Under the pieces are notes generated by a model. That model did no database searches, was not told the DNA's origin, and saw nothing but the letters and a program-made list of their open reading frames with translations. From Bugula neritina (lineage: Eukaryota > Animalia > Bryozoa), in contig OZ037767.1 of assembly GCA_964035545.1 (NCBI GenBank), forward strand, positions 10,612,581 to 10,676,580: a stretch of DNA of 64,000 bases, given 5' to 3'. The position numbers and the translations under genes were made by a program. Positions 63,661-64,000 of the stretch are shown piece by piece (positions within the stretch are counted from its first letter, which is position 1; the number at the start of each line of letters is the position of its first letter).

Positions 63661-64000
63661 GTTGAATGTTGCAGTTAGTTTACTTGGGCAATGAATTTTA
63701 GTGACTCTCTACGAGAATAAAATAAACTATTGATGTATAGGCCAGATCAGAAGAAGAACGTAGCCTGTGTACCATTGTATTTTATATTGCAGTTGGTATA
63801 TTGCAAGCACTTGACAATTTTTAAAACAATTGATTTATTTTGTTCACCAAACATCCTACCATCAGACGAGAAATGTCATACAAGGTCAAAAGGCTGTAAT
63901 AGCTATTTAATTCATAGCAAGTTGATTCTTAAGACTTTTAGGTAGCGACTTGCTTTGGAAATATTTTATTAAAGTTTCTTGTAGATACATGTAGATAGGA

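Overview
AT-rich, intron-containing metazoan genomic DNA. It is probably from a lophotrochozoan invertebrate, but that is inferred from gene content, intron style and SINE type, not shown by the sequence. The left 41 kb holds five multi-exon loci assembled by hand from splice sites and reading phase: (1) a COMTD1/CCoAOMT-like O-methyltransferase (-) that looks pseudogenised, with a Gypsy-type integrase/LTR remnant on its 3' side; (2) a divergent orphan class-A GPCR (-); (3) CWF19L2 (-), with a repeat-encoded RS domain; (4) ADPGK (+), head-to-head with CWF19L2; (5) a HHAT/Rasp-like MBOAT acyltransferase (-), convergent with ADPGK. The right ~23 kb is gene-poor. It has two tRNA-derived SINE families, a near-identical pair of Harbinger-type MITEs, a heptamer satellite, a pogo-type deletion derivative nested in a fold-back, RFX X-boxes and a small orphan spliced-transcript candidate. 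The most unusual unexplained signal is a recurring 5'-end architecture: 0.7-1.7 kb non-coding tracts with A-N-T/A-N-Y triplet-hexamer periodicity at the 5' side of the OMT, CWF19L2 and HHAT genes. Two of the three tracts are followed ~300 bp later by the same ~110-bp hairpin element. No prokaryotic-type system, CRISPR array, rRNA or intact tRNA gene was seen. All coordinates were counted by hand and may be off by a few bases.
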